Assembly (NCBI GenBank): GCA_964405825.1
Contig: CAYOPI010000002.1
Coordinates: forward strand, 32,728-96,727
DNA from: an uncultured Opitutales bacterium
GTDB taxonomy: Bacteria > Verrucomicrobiota > Verrucomicrobiia > Opitutales > JBHJGM01
DNA: 64,000 bases
Direction: 5' to 3'
Shown here piece after piece: positions 39,098 through 48,662 of the stretch (positions are counted from its first letter, which is position 1; each line of letters begins with the position of its first letter). Under the pieces are notes generated by a model, which saw only the letters and a list, made by a program, of their open reading frames with translations, made no database searches and was not told where the DNA came from. Made by a program: the position numbers and the translations under genes.

Positions 39098-39943
39098 ATG
39101 ACTACCTTTGCCCAGAACCATCTGCAGACTCAGGCAGAGCTCACCGACCGCGAGTACGAGTACTTCCGCTCGATGATCTACGAGCGCTGCCGTATCAATC
39201 TGGGCTCCAACAAGCGCGAGCTGGTCAAGGCCCGCCTGAACAAGCGCCTGCGCGCGCTGAAGATACCCAGCTTTAGCGGCTACATCGAGCTGCTGCAGAC
39301 CCCCGCCGGCGAGGAGGAATGGACGCACCTGGTCGACTCGATCTCCACCAACTACACCTTCTTCTTCCGCGAGCCGGCGCACTTTGAGTTTCTCTACAAG
39401 CAAGCCCTGCCCGAACTCTCCAGCCCGGGCCGCACCTTCCGCGTCTGGTCGGCCGCCTGCTCCTCCGGCGAGGAGCCCTACTCGGTCGCGATTGTCCTGG
39501 ACGAGTTCTTCAAGAGCGGGGCCGGTGCCTACACCGTGGACTGCACCGATATCTCCACCCGCATCCTGGCCAAGGCCCGCGAAGGCATCTTCGCGCCGCC
39601 GCAGGTTGAGAAGATCCGCCGCGACTGGATGCGCAAACATTTCGAGCAGGGACGCCGCGGCAACGACCAGCTTTACCGGGTCAAGGCCCCGGTGCGCGAG
39701 CGCCTGCGCTTCACCCACCTCAACCTGATGGACCGCAGCTTCCCCTGGCGCGACCCATTCCAGGTCATTTTCTGCCGCAACGTCATGATCTACTTCGACC
39801 GCGGCACCCAGGAGGACCTCGTCCAGCGCATGTCCCAGCATCTGGCCCCTGGCGGTTACCTTTTCATTGGCCACTCGGAAAGTTTGACAGGCGTCAACCA
39901 CGGTCTGAAACTCGTCAAACCATCGATTTACAAAAAAGTGTAA
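39098..39943 (+). CDS. cheR: chemotaxis protein methyltransferase CheR
   Basis: An internal ATG (39098, MTTFAQNHL) in ORF 39017..39943 gives 281 aa. LTDREYEYFRSMIYERCRINLGSNKRELVKARLNKRLR, TNYTFFFREPAHFEFL, RVWSAACSSGEEPYSVAI, IFCRNVMIYFD. Confidence 0.9.
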   Translation: MTTFAQNHLQTQAELTDREYEYFRSMIYERCRINLGSNKRELVKARLNKRLRALKIPSFSGYIELLQTPAGEEEWTHLVDSISTNYTFFFREPAHFEFLYKQALPELSSPGRTFRVWSAACSSGEEPYSVAIVLDEFFKSGAGAYTVDCTDISTRILAKAREGIFAPPQVEKIRRDWMRKHFEQGRRGNDQLYRVKAPVRERLRFTHLNLMDRSFPWRDPFQVIFCRNVMIYFDRGTQEDLVQRMSQHLAPGGYLFIGHSESLTGVNHGLKLVKPSIYKKV

Positions 39944-39969
39944 ATCGCCGATTCGGTACAGGGGAAAGT

Positions 39970-41058
39970 ATGGGGGATAAGGGCCCAGTCCGGGTGCTCG
40001 TCGTGGATGATTCCGCGGTCGTGCGCCGCCAGATTTTGCGGTTTCTGAAGCAGGACCCGGAGATTCAGGTCGTTGGTGACGCGGCCGACCCCTACGAGGC
40101 CCGCGACCTGATCCTCAAGCTCAAGCCCGATGTCCTGACCCTCGACATCGAGATGCCCAAGATGGACGGGCTGACCTTCCTGGGCATCCTGATGAAGCAG
40201 CGGCCGCTGCCCGTGGTGGTGGTCAGCTCGGTCAGCACGCGCGGCTCCAGCGTCGCCCTGGAGGCTCTCAACCGGGGCGCCGTCGAAGTGCTCGGCAAGC
40301 CCAATTCCTCCACCGACATCGGCCACCTCGGCCCGCTCCTGGCCCAGAAGGTGAAGGCGGCCGCCCGCTGCCGTCTGCAGACGCACCTTTCGGCCACCCG
40401 AGCGCCGTTTGTTCGCCGACCCGTTTCGGCGCACCCTTTCCAGCAGCACCCTGGCGGCACGGACCCGCGTGCGCTCGTCCTGCTGGGCGCCTCCACCGGG
40501 GGCACCGAAGCGGTCAAGGCGGTCATGGCCGACCTGCCCGCGACCATGCCCGGCATCCTCATCGTCCAGCACATCCCGGCCTTCTTCAGCAAGGCCTGGG
40601 CCGAGCGCATGGACCAGATGAGCGCCCTTGAGATTCGTGAAGCCGTCGATGGTGATCGCACCCGGCCGGGCCTCGCCCTGGTGGCACCGGGCGACCAGCA
40701 CATGACCGTCTCCTGGGTCGGCGGCGCTTACCGTGTGCAACTCAACCAGGGCCCGCCCGTCTGGCATCAGCGTCCTGCGGTCGACGTCCTCTTCCGCTCG
40801 GCCGTCGCTGCCAAGGCCGCCTCGCACGCCACGGCCGCGGTCTTCACCGGCATGGGCCGCGACGGCGCCGAAGGCCTGTTGGAACTGCGCAAGGGCGGAG
40901 CCCGCACCTTCACCCAGTCGGAGGACTCCTGCGTGGTCTACGGCATGCCCAAAGCCGCCGACGAGCTGGGCGCCTCTCAAAAGTCGGTTCACCTCAGCCA
41001 GATGGCCCGCGTCCTGCGCGACGCCGTCCACCAGCGCCAGCCCGCCCCGACCCCCTGA
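39970..41058 (+). CDS. cheB: chemotaxis response regulator protein-glutamate methylesterase CheB
   Basis: 362 aa. REC domain: VRVLVVDDSAVVRR...PDVLTLDIEMPKMDG. Esterase domain: LLGASTGGTEAV...IVQHIPAFFS...RPAVDVLF...TGMGRDGAEGL. Confidence 0.95.
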   Translation: MGDKGPVRVLVVDDSAVVRRQILRFLKQDPEIQVVGDAADPYEARDLILKLKPDVLTLDIEMPKMDGLTFLGILMKQRPLPVVVVSSVSTRGSSVALEALNRGAVEVLGKPNSSTDIGHLGPLLAQKVKAAARCRLQTHLSATRAPFVRRPVSAHPFQQHPGGTDPRALVLLGASTGGTEAVKAVMADLPATMPGILIVQHIPAFFSKAWAERMDQMSALEIREAVDGDRTRPGLALVAPGDQHMTVSWVGGAYRVQLNQGPPVWHQRPAVDVLFRSAVAAKAASHATAAVFTGMGRDGAEGLLELRKGGARTFTQSEDSCVVYGMPKAADELGASQKSVHLSQMARVLRDAVHQRQPAPTP

Positions 41059-41074
41059 TGCACTTTTCGCTACC

Positions 41075-42994
41075 ATGGATTCGTCTGCTTCCCTGCTGCG
41101 CGAGCGTTCCCACACCTCGCCCGCTTCCCTCGATCCGGCCTGCACCCCGCTGCCGGTTTTTTTATCTTCCGACGGCCTGATACGTCAGGCGCCGAACGGC
41201 CCTCGGGCGCTTCCCTGGTTTGGACGGGAAGCCCCCGTTGCGGGCGTCCACCTGATCGAGGCCCTCAACGCCGCTGGCTGGAAATCCGATCACGCCGCCG
41301 ACGCTCCCTCATCGGGTTTGCTCCAACCCGGCCAGACCCTGCGCCTGCGGCACACCGCGAACACCGACACCGAGGGCACCCTGACCTGTTTCGCCTGTGA
41401 GGACGGACTGCTGGCCACGCTCAACCCGGAGAGCCCCGTCCCGGACGCACCTGCAAACGTCGGGCACCTGCTGGCGATGTGCCCAAGTGTCCATTTCCGC
41501 CAGGACCTCGAACTGCGCTTCCTCTGGCTGGGACCGGGAGCGGAGTCACTCTTTGGCGTGCCCGAAGCCGTACTGAGCAAGACCGCCAACGCCTTCCTTC
41601 AGCAGGTGCTCGAAACCGACCACCGCAGTTACCTCCAGCTCAGCCAGAAATCGCTCTGTCCCGGCAGCATCGAGCGCCTGGACGTGCGCATCCGCCATGG
41701 ACGCAACGGCCAGGTGCGTTACCTCCGCGATGAGCGCCGTCTGAAGGCCGACCCGGTCAACGGCAATCTCTTCTGGGAAGGGGTGCTCTGGGATGTCTCC
41801 CGTCAGACGATCGCTGAAAAGCATCTGCGCCGCACCGCCTGGAAGGAGCACCTGGCCACCCTCACCAGCGGCCTCGTCCACGACTTCTCAAACGTCATGG
41901 CCGGCATCTACGGACTGGCCGACCTCTACCACCAGGACCTCGACGAGAACCACCCCTGGCAGAAAGGCATCGGCCAAATCCGCAAGAGTTCCGCCGAGGC
42001 CCGCAAGCTGGTCCGGCGCATCGTGGACCTCAACCGCGAGCAGGAAACCGCGCCGAACTACCACAACCTCGAGCACCTCATTCAGGAGCAACTCGAACTC
42101 GCACCGGCCATCCTCCCCAAGGGCACGCGCATCGATACCGACTTCACCGGCCAGGAAATCCCCGTTTACCTGGACGCCGTCACCTTCCGGCAGGTCTTCC
42201 TGAACTTCCTCGTCAACTCGCGCGACGCCCTCTCGACCAAGGGTGAGGTGCGCGTCTCGGTGCGACCGGTGCAGGGCGACGCCATCATCCTGGAAGACTG
42301 CTACGGCTGCGGAGGCCTGCGGGCCGAGCGCGAAGGCGTTCAGATCGAGGTTGCCGACAACGGCTGCGGTATTCCCGAAGTGCACCTGGCCCGCATCTTC
42401 GACCCGTACTTTACCACCAAGGACACGACCCAGGGCTCGGGCTTCGGCCTCTACAACGCCCGCCTCTTCGCGGAGGAAAATCAGGGTCATCTGGGTGTGC
42501 GCAGCCGCCCCGGCGAAGGCTGCACAATGGTTCTTTTTCTGCCGCTGGCCACCTTCACCGAGCAAAGCGAGGAACCCCGGGACGAACCACCCGCGCCCCT
42601 GCACGTCAACGGCGACACCCGCCACCGCGTCCTGGTCTTCGCCGCCGACAAGAGCCGCGAGTGCAACCTCATCGACCTGATGCACGCGCGCCAGTGGGAG
42701 GTGCTCACCCTCAGCCGGGCTCAGGCCCTCCGCGACCACCTCTGCGATGACCGCCAGCCCCCGCCCGACCTCGTCGCGCTGATCGACCTGGAGCAGGACG
42801 TGCACGCCAGCGCCCTGACCGAGATGGTCCGCACCCGCTTTCCCGATGTCCCCGTGGCCCTGCGCGTTTTCGGACGCAATCCCGACGAGCTGGCCGCCAA
42901 CCTGCGCGAGCGTGTCACCGCCGTCTTTGACGAAAGCCTGAGGGATACCGAAGTTGTCAAAAAAATGTCATCACTCTTCCAGCCTGTCCGATAA
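41075..42994 (+). CDS. sensor histidine kinase (N-terminal unknown region, PAS, HisKA, HATPase_c) with C-terminal receiver-like domain
   Basis: The start is set at MDSSASLL (41075), after the cheB stop, within ORF 40733..42994; this gives 639 aa. PAS-like: [17 protein letters not shown]...VRYLRDERR...[10 protein letters not shown]-box: [19 protein letters not shown]-binding motifs: [10 protein letters not shown] and VADNGCGIP...[12 protein letters not shown]. The C-terminal roughly 120 aa are REC-like: [11 protein letters not shown]...[11 protein letters not shown]. Confidence 0.85.
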   Translation: MDSSASLLRERSHTSPASLDPACTPLPVFLSSDGLIRQAPNGPRALPWFGREAPVAGVHLIEALNAAGWKSDHAADAPSSGLLQPGQTLRLRHTANTDTEGTLTCFACEDGLLATLNPESPVPDAPANVGHLLAMCPSVHFRQDLELRFLWLGPGAESLFGVPEAVLSKTANAFLQQVLETDHRSYLQLSQKSLCPGSIERLDVRIRHGRNGQVRYLRDERRLKADPVNGNLFWEGVLWDVSRQTIAEKHLRRTAWKEHLATLTSGLVHDFSNVMAGIYGLADLYHQDLDENHPWQKGIGQIRKSSAEARKLVRRIVDLNREQETAPNYHNLEHLIQEQLELAPAILPKGTRIDTDFTGQEIPVYLDAVTFRQVFLNFLVNSRDALSTKGEVRVSVRPVQGDAIILEDCYGCGGLRAEREGVQIEVADNGCGIPEVHLARIFDPYFTTKDTTQGSGFGLYNARLFAEENQGHLGVRSRPGEGCTMVLFLPLATFTEQSEEPRDEPPAPLHVNGDTRHRVLVFAADKSRECNLIDLMHARQWEVLTLSRAQALRDHLCDDRQPPPDLVALIDLEQDVHASALTEMVRTRFPDVPVALRVFGRNPDELAANLRERVTAVFDESLRDTEVVKKMSSLFQPVR

Positions 42995-43001
42995 CTCAAC
43001 T

Positions 43002-44261
43002 ATGGCCGACGCCGAACCACCGATTCTGGTCGTCGACGACGACGAGATCATCCGCATCGCGCTCCAGGAGACCATCGAGCACGAAGGCTTCGCCGTGGTC
43101 ACCGCCGGCAGCGGCCCCGAAGCGCTCGAATGCCTTCAGAAGGAGCGCTTCGGCGTCATCATCTCCGACCAGCGCATGGCCGAGATGACCGGCCTGGAGT
43201 TCCTCGCCAGAGCCAAGCACATTCAGCCCAACGCCTCGCGCATCCTCATCACCGGCGTGCTCACGCTCAAGACGGTGATCGACGCGGTCAATCAGGGGGA
43301 GATCTTCCGTTTTCTGGCCAAGCCGTGGATCCGCGAGGAACTGCTGGCAACCATCCGCAACGCCATGCAGCGCTTTGAGCTGCTGGAGACCAATGCCCGC
43401 CTGCAGGCCGACACCCTCCACCTCAACGACCAGCTCTCCGAAGCCAACCAGAGCCTGCGCCAGCGCTTCCAGGAACTGGCCGACCAGAAGCAGAGCCTCG
43501 ACGCCGCCCACACCGCCCTGGAGAAAAACTTTCAGCAGAGCCTCGAACTCTGCCACCGCCTCGTCAGTACCTTCTACCCGCTCCTGGGCAAGTTCACCCG
43601 CAACTGCGTCTCGCTGGTCGAGGCGATGGGCCGCGAGGCCGGCCTCAACGAGGAGGACCAGCACGTGCTCGAGGTCAGCGCCTGGCTGCAGAACCTCGGG
43701 TTGCTCGGGGTCAACCGCGAGACGCTGGCCAAGGTCTTCCGACGCGGCGAAGTGCTCAGCCATGAGGATCGCCAGCTGATGTACAACCATCCCATTTACG
43801 GGCAGGCCCTCGCCTTTTTTGTGGCCGACCTGGAGGGCGTTGGCCTGACCATTCGCGCGCACCACGAGCGCTGGGACGGCTGCGGGTACCCCGATGGACT
43901 GTCGCAGGAAGGCATCCCGCGCACCGCCCGGATGCTCGCCGTCGCCGCCGCCTACACCGAGAGCGGCCTGCCCCAGCCTGAAGCCATCGAGGAGCTGCAG
44001 CGCCTCAGCGGTCAGGCCTTTGAACCCGAGGCCGTGCGGCTGTTCATGAAGGTCACCCAGAAGGCCCACCTGCCACGCAAGGTGCGCGAGGTGACCTTCC
44101 AGGAACTGCGCGCGGGCATGGTGCTGGCCTCCGGCATCCACAGCCCCTCCGGCCTCCTGCTCTTTCCCGAAGACAAGCTCCTGACAGAGCCCGTGCTCGA
44201 TAAGATTCGCCAGCACAACATGCTCGATGCCGTCACCGAACGCCTCCTGGTCTACGTCTAG
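43002..44261 (+). CDS. response regulator with coiled-coil linker and HD-GYP domain (HD dyad replaced by QN)
   Basis: The start is at MADAEPPILVVDDDE (43002), giving 419 aa. REC domain: VIISDQRMAEMTG...LAKPW. The HD-GYP C-terminus contains RAHHERWDGCGYPDGL (43860..43892). Where the family has xxHDxGK, this protein reads AWLQNLGLLGV (Q230 N231, nt 43689..43694). Confidence 0.9.
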   Translation: MADAEPPILVVDDDEIIRIALQETIEHEGFAVVTAGSGPEALECLQKERFGVIISDQRMAEMTGLEFLARAKHIQPNASRILITGVLTLKTVIDAVNQGEIFRFLAKPWIREELLATIRNAMQRFELLETNARLQADTLHLNDQLSEANQSLRQRFQELADQKQSLDAAHTALEKNFQQSLELCHRLVSTFYPLLGKFTRNCVSLVEAMGREAGLNEEDQHVLEVSAWLQNLGLLGVNRETLAKVFRRGEVLSHEDRQLMYNHPIYGQALAFFVADLEGVGLTIRAHHERWDGCGYPDGLSQEGIPRTARMLAVAAAYTESGLPQPEAIEELQRLSGQAFEPEAVRLFMKVTQKAHLPRKVREVTFQELRAGMVLASGIHSPSGLLLFPEDKLLTEPVLDKIRQHNMLDAVTERLLVYV

Positions 44262-44270
44262 ACTTTACCC

Positions 44271-46667
44271 ATGCCCGACTCCCTTCCGCCACCCAACCCC
44301 GCCGACACCAAGCTGCTTGTCGTCGAGGATGACACCGCCTCGGCCTTCGTGCTGGAGACCATTCTCCTGCGCGCGGGCTACACCGTGCTGCCGGTGGCCC
44401 ACGGCAGCGAGGACGCCGTCGAGGCCGCCCGTGAGCACCGCCCCGACATCATCCTGATGGACATCAACATCCCCGGTCCCAGCGACGGCGTCGAAACCGC
44501 CGAAGCCATCCGGAAGTTCCATGAGGTCCCGCTGATCTACCTGACCGGGTTCTCCGACGAGCGCACCATCGAGCGCGCCAAGCGCACCGCCCCCTTTGCC
44601 TACATCCTCAAGCCCTTCCGCGAGAAGGAAGTCGCCATCACCATCCAGATGGCCCTCTACAAATCGCGGATGGACCGGCAGATTCGCGCCAGCGAACACC
44701 GCCTGGCCGTCACCCTGGGCAGCCTCAACGACGGGGTCATCTCCACCGATCCCCGCGGCGAGATCTCCTACATGAACCCGGCTGCCGAGACCCTTGCCTC
44801 GACCCGCCTGGAAGCGGCCCGGGGCCTGGCCGTGGACCAGGTGCTGGACCTGCGCGAGGCCGAAACGCGCGCCGCTCTGCCCAACCCCGCCGGCTTCCTC
44901 TTCAGCGACGATTACCTCAGCCAGCGCAACGACCCCGTTCTCATGACCGGGGCCGGGGGCGACCGTCTGGTTCAGGTGCAGACCTCGCCCACGATCGACC
45001 CGGGCGGCACCATCACCAGCTGGGTTATCGTCCTGCGCGATGTGACCGAGCGTTTCCGCGCCGAACGCCAGAACCGCCTCATGGCCACTGCGCTGGAGTC
45101 CCAGGAAGACGCCGTGCTGCTCTTTGAGGCTGGCGGCGACAACGACGCGCTCCAGGTTGTTCACGCCAACGCCGCCTTCGAGCGCATCAGCGGTTTTTCG
45201 AAGGAAGCGGCCCGCACCGAAGGCCTTGGCATCCTCTCCGGAGGACGCGACGAGGTCCCCGGTCAGCAAGCCCTTCAACGCTGCCTGCAACGCGCCCAGC
45301 GCTTCACCGGCGAGGGCATCTATTTCAAACAGGACGGTACCCAGCTCGTGGGTGCCTGGTCGGTCTCACCGGTGCGTGCCGACGGCCGCACGCTCTCACA
45401 CCTGGTCTTCACCCTGCGCGATGTCACGCGCCTGCGCCACCTCGAGGAGAACATCCGCCAGTCCCAGAAAATCGAAGCCGTCGGACGACTGGCCGGGGGT
45501 ATCGCGCACGATTTCAACAACCTGCTCTCGGTCATCAACTCGTATTCGGAACTGCTCAGCCTCAAAATCGAGGCCGAGGGCGACCTCGCCAAGTACGTCG
45601 CCAACATTCGCACCGCAGGCGAACGGGGCGCCGCCCTCGTCAACCAGCTGATGACCTTCAGCCGCCGCGAGGATGCCAGCCCAAGCCTCCTGCACTTAAG
45701 CGAGGTCGCGCACGAGACCCGCCAACTGCTGCGGCCGCTGATTCGCGAGGACATCACCCTGGAGGTGGCCTTCCCGGCCGACCTGCCGGCCATTCACGCC
45801 GACCGCAGCCGTATCGAGCAGGTCCTCGTCAACCTTTGCCTCAACGCCCGCGACGCCATCACCGGCCCCGGCAACATCGCCATCACCGGAACCACCGTGG
45901 ACATCTCCGACGACGACAATGGCGCGGAGTTTCGTCAGACCGGCGAATACGTCCTGCTGGAGGTACGTGATGACGGCTCGGGCATGGATGCCGAGGTCCG
46001 CGACCACCTCTTTGAGCCCTTCTTCACCACCAAGGACGTCGGCCAGGGCACTGGCCTGGGCCTGGCTACCGTCTACGGCATCGTCAAGCAGTCCGGCGGC
46101 CACATCCAGGTCGAGAGCGAGCCCGGCCAGGGCGCCTGCTTCCAGATTTTTCTGCCCGCCCTGCGCGACGACTCCGAGCCGGGTCCGGCCTCCCCCAAGC
46201 GACCGCTGCGCAAGCGCAACCGCACGCCCAGCCATGGCAGCGAAACCATCCTCCTCATCGAGGACGACGACACCTTTGCCGACTGCATCAGCGGACTGCT
46301 CAGCCTACATGGCTATGTGGTCCACTGCGTCAACGACGGCACCGAGGCGATCGAGCGGTTCGGTCAGCGGGCCGGCGAGCTGAAGCTCCTCCTCACCGAC
46401 ATCGTCCTGCCGGGGACCCCGGGTACCGACGTCGCGCGGCACTTCGCCGAGGCCAACACCGACCTCAAGGTCCTCTTCATGACCGGCTACGAGGAGGAGC
46501 CCGAGCCGGTCGCACCCCTGCCGCCGGATACCATCACCCTGCGCAAGCCCTTCTCCCTCAACGTTGTGCTCGAGAGCGTTCGCGAACTTCTCGACGCCCA
46601 GAAGGCAGCCGACACCTCCGGGAACGCCCCGGCTGCTTCGGCCCTTGTGGCCGCCAGCAAGCCCTGA
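44271..46667 (+). CDS. hybrid sensor kinase: REC - PAS - PAS - HisKA - HATPase_c - REC
   Basis: 798 aa. N-terminal REC: KLLVVEDDT...[11 protein letters not shown]...ILKPF. Two PAS-like segments: [19 protein letters not shown] and [19 protein letters not shown]-like. H-box: [17 protein letters not shown]-binding motifs: NLCLNARDA and VRDDGSGMD...[14 protein letters not shown]-terminal REC: ILLIEDDD...[10 protein letters not shown]...LRKPF. Confidence 0.9.
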   Translation: MPDSLPPPNPADTKLLVVEDDTASAFVLETILLRAGYTVLPVAHGSEDAVEAAREHRPDIILMDINIPGPSDGVETAEAIRKFHEVPLIYLTGFSDERTIERAKRTAPFAYILKPFREKEVAITIQMALYKSRMDRQIRASEHRLAVTLGSLNDGVISTDPRGEISYMNPAAETLASTRLEAARGLAVDQVLDLREAETRAALPNPAGFLFSDDYLSQRNDPVLMTGAGGDRLVQVQTSPTIDPGGTITSWVIVLRDVTERFRAERQNRLMATALESQEDAVLLFEAGGDNDALQVVHANAAFERISGFSKEAARTEGLGILSGGRDEVPGQQALQRCLQRAQRFTGEGIYFKQDGTQLVGAWSVSPVRADGRTLSHLVFTLRDVTRLRHLEENIRQSQKIEAVGRLAGGIAHDFNNLLSVINSYSELLSLKIEAEGDLAKYVANIRTAGERGAALVNQLMTFSRREDASPSLLHLSEVAHETRQLLRPLIREDITLEVAFPADLPAIHADRSRIEQVLVNLCLNARDAITGPGNIAITGTTVDISDDDNGAEFRQTGEYVLLEVRDDGSGMDAEVRDHLFEPFFTTKDVGQGTGLGLATVYGIVKQSGGHIQVESEPGQGACFQIFLPALRDDSEPGPASPKRPLRKRNRTPSHGSETILLIEDDDTFADCISGLLSLHGYVVHCVNDGTEAIERFGQRAGELKLLLTDIVLPGTPGTDVARHFAEANTDLKVLFMTGYEEEPEPVAPLPPDTITLRKPFSLNVVLESVRELLDAQKAADTSGNAPAASALVAASKP

Positions 46668-46763
46668 TCACCCTGGGCCGCCGAAAGGCTCCCTCTGTGG
46701 CTTGGGCGGCGAAACCATTTGCTTGCCAAGGCCAATGGTAAGCGCTTTCGTCGAAAAGTTAAC

Positions 46764-46790
46764 GGCGGCCCAACTCCGCCTTTTTTGTTT
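46764..46790 (+). terminator. possible rho-independent terminator after the hybrid kinase gene
   Basis: GGCGG-cccaact-CCGCC (46764..46780), followed by TTTTTTGTTT (46781..46790). The stem is only 5 bp, so this is weak. Confidence 0.4.
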
Positions 46791-46858
46791 CGCAACCCAT
46801 TCCCAAGCAACTGTTTCAGACCCCTGAACACGGTCCTGGTCCCCACGTCCTACCACCC

Positions 46859-47863
46859 GTGATGCCCAACGGCGGCCCCTCCATTGTCATCAGCGGCACC
46901 GGTAGCCACTTCCCGGATTCCATCGTCACCAACGATGATTTGGCCCGGCGCATGGACACTTCCGACGAGTGGATCCAGACCCGCACCGGCATCCGCGAAC
47001 GGCGCATCGCCCTCAACGGCACCGAATGCTCGGACCTGGCCAGCGTGGCCGGTGAGCGTGCCCTGGCCGACGCCGGCCTCAAGCCCGAGGAGATCGATGC
47101 GGTCATCGTCGGCACGCTCTCGCCGGACATGCCCTTCCCGGCCACCGCCTGCCTGACGCAGCGCAAGCTGGGCCTGCGTCACGACATTCCCGCCTTTGAC
47201 GTCAGCGCGGCCTGCTCCGGCTTTCTTTACGCACTCGAAGTGGGCAGCCACCTGCTGCACGGCCCCCAATACAAGAACGCTCTCATCATCGGGGCCGAAA
47301 AGATCTCCAGCATCCTGGACTGGCAGGACCGTGCCACCTGCGTGCTCTTTGGCGATGGCGCCGGGGCCGCCGTCATCTCCCGCCGCGAGGAACCTGGCAT
47401 CGGGGTGCTCGGGTCGATGCTTGGAGCCGACGGCGAGAACGCCACCCTCTTGAACATGCCCGGAGGCGGGTCGGCCCGTCCGGCCAGCGTCGAGTCCCTC
47501 GCCGCCCGTCAGCACTTCCTCAAGATGAACGGGCGCGAACTCTTCAAGATGGCTGTGCGCGTGATGCAGGAGTCCGCCACTGCCATTCTCGAGCGCCACG
47601 GGCTGACCACCGCCGACGTGGCCTGCGTCATCCCGCACCAGGCCAACATTCGCATCATCGAGGCCGTGGCCCAGCGCCTGCACCTGCCCATGGACCGCTT
47701 CTTCATCAACCTCGATCGCTTCGGCAACACCTCGGCCGCCTCCATTCCGCTGGCCCTGGACGAAGCGCTCCACGCCGGCCGCATCCAGTCCGGAGACTAT
47801 GTACTCTTCGTGGCCTTTGGCGCAGGGCTAACCTGGGGCGCCACGCTGGTGAAGTGGCAGTGA
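46859..47863 (+). CDS. fabH: 3-oxoacyl-ACP synthase III FabH
   Basis: 334 aa. NDDLARRMDTSDEWIQTRTGIRERR, the active-site context AFDVSAACSGFLYAL, IPHQANIRII and GNTSAASIPLAL. GTG at 46859 or ATG at 46862. Confidence 0.9.
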   Translation: MMPNGGPSIVISGTGSHFPDSIVTNDDLARRMDTSDEWIQTRTGIRERRIALNGTECSDLASVAGERALADAGLKPEEIDAVIVGTLSPDMPFPATACLTQRKLGLRHDIPAFDVSAACSGFLYALEVGSHLLHGPQYKNALIIGAEKISSILDWQDRATCVLFGDGAGAAVISRREEPGIGVLGSMLGADGENATLLNMPGGGSARPASVESLAARQHFLKMNGRELFKMAVRVMQESATAILERHGLTTADVACVIPHQANIRIIEAVAQRLHLPMDRFFINLDRFGNTSAASIPLALDEALHAGRIQSGDYVLFVAFGAGLTWGATLVKWQ

Positions 47864-48582
47864 AACCAACGGGCACCATACCCCCTGACCTCAACCGCAT
47901 CGAGCGCTACGGCAGCGGCTTGTGGGCCTGCAGCCACCCTTTCCGGCTGATGGGGATTCCGTACGGCCGGCGTATGTGCGGGGTCATCCTCGAGTCCATT
48001 GGAGAACACTGGCTCTTCTCGCCCGCACCCAACTCCGTTGTCCAGGAGGCCCTGGATACCGCCCAACTCCCGCCGGTCACCCGCCTGGTGGCCCCTTCTA
48101 TCTTTCACGACACCTACCTGAAGAACTGCGCGAAGACCTTCCTCCAAACGCGTATCTGGCTGGCCGAGGGCATGCCCGCCTCCCTCGCCGAGCCCTCCCG
48201 CACCCTTCGCATCAACCCCGAAAACCTCGCTGACCTGCCCGACGAACTCGCCGCGGAGACCCTTCAGGGCATGCCGCGGGTCAACGAAACGGTCTTCCTG
48301 CACCGCGCCACCGGAAGCCTGATCGTGTGCGACTGCATCTTCAACTTCGACCAGGACTACCCCTGGCTCACGCGCACCTTCGCCCGCTCCATGGGCATTT
48401 TTGGCAAGCCCTCCACCTCGCCCCTCTTCAGAGCGCTCATCCGCGACCGCCAGGCCTTCTGCGTTAGCCTGGAACGGGTGCTCGCCTGGGACTTCGACCG
48501 CATCCTGCCCGCCCACGGCAAAGTCGTTGAGCAAGGCGGCAAGGCCGTCTTCCAGCGCCTGCTCGAACGCTTCCAAAGCTGA
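47854..48582 (+). CDS. DUF4336-like hypothetical protein
   Basis: 242 aa with a GTG start overlapping the fabH end by 10 nt. LVAPSIFHDTYL...NETVFLHRATGSLIVCDCIFNF...WDFDRILPAHG resembles my recollection of the DUF4336 pattern (E.vFfH..S.tLiv.D...N). Function unknown. Confidence 0.6.
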   Translation: MAVKPTGTIPPDLNRIERYGSGLWACSHPFRLMGIPYGRRMCGVILESIGEHWLFSPAPNSVVQEALDTAQLPPVTRLVAPSIFHDTYLKNCAKTFLQTRIWLAEGMPASLAEPSRTLRINPENLADLPDELAAETLQGMPRVNETVFLHRATGSLIVCDCIFNFDQDYPWLTRTFARSMGIFGKPSTSPLFRALIRDRQAFCVSLERVLAWDFDRILPAHGKVVEQGGKAVFQRLLERFQS

Positions 48583-48662
48583 TCCGAACCGCCTCTCCAC
48601 CCTCGTGGAACCCGCCCCGAAAAGGCTTGGTCCACAGCCTCAGACCACCTACAAACGCGCCC

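Noticed and set aside
40733-41074. Upstream part of ORF 40733..42994 overlapping the cheB 3' end.
   Set aside because: It is out of frame with an unambiguous cheB and has Pro/Arg/Ser-rich composition. The first ATG after the cheB stop (41075) gives a sensible kinase N-terminus.
39928-45290. Long minus-strand ORFs (39928..41145, 41888..42805, 42996..44216, 44265..45290) opposite cheB and the two-component genes.
   Set aside because: The + strand genes carry complete REC, HisKA, HATPase, HD-GYP and CheB motifs. The minus-strand translations are featureless Gly/Ala/Val/Glu-rich shadow sequence.
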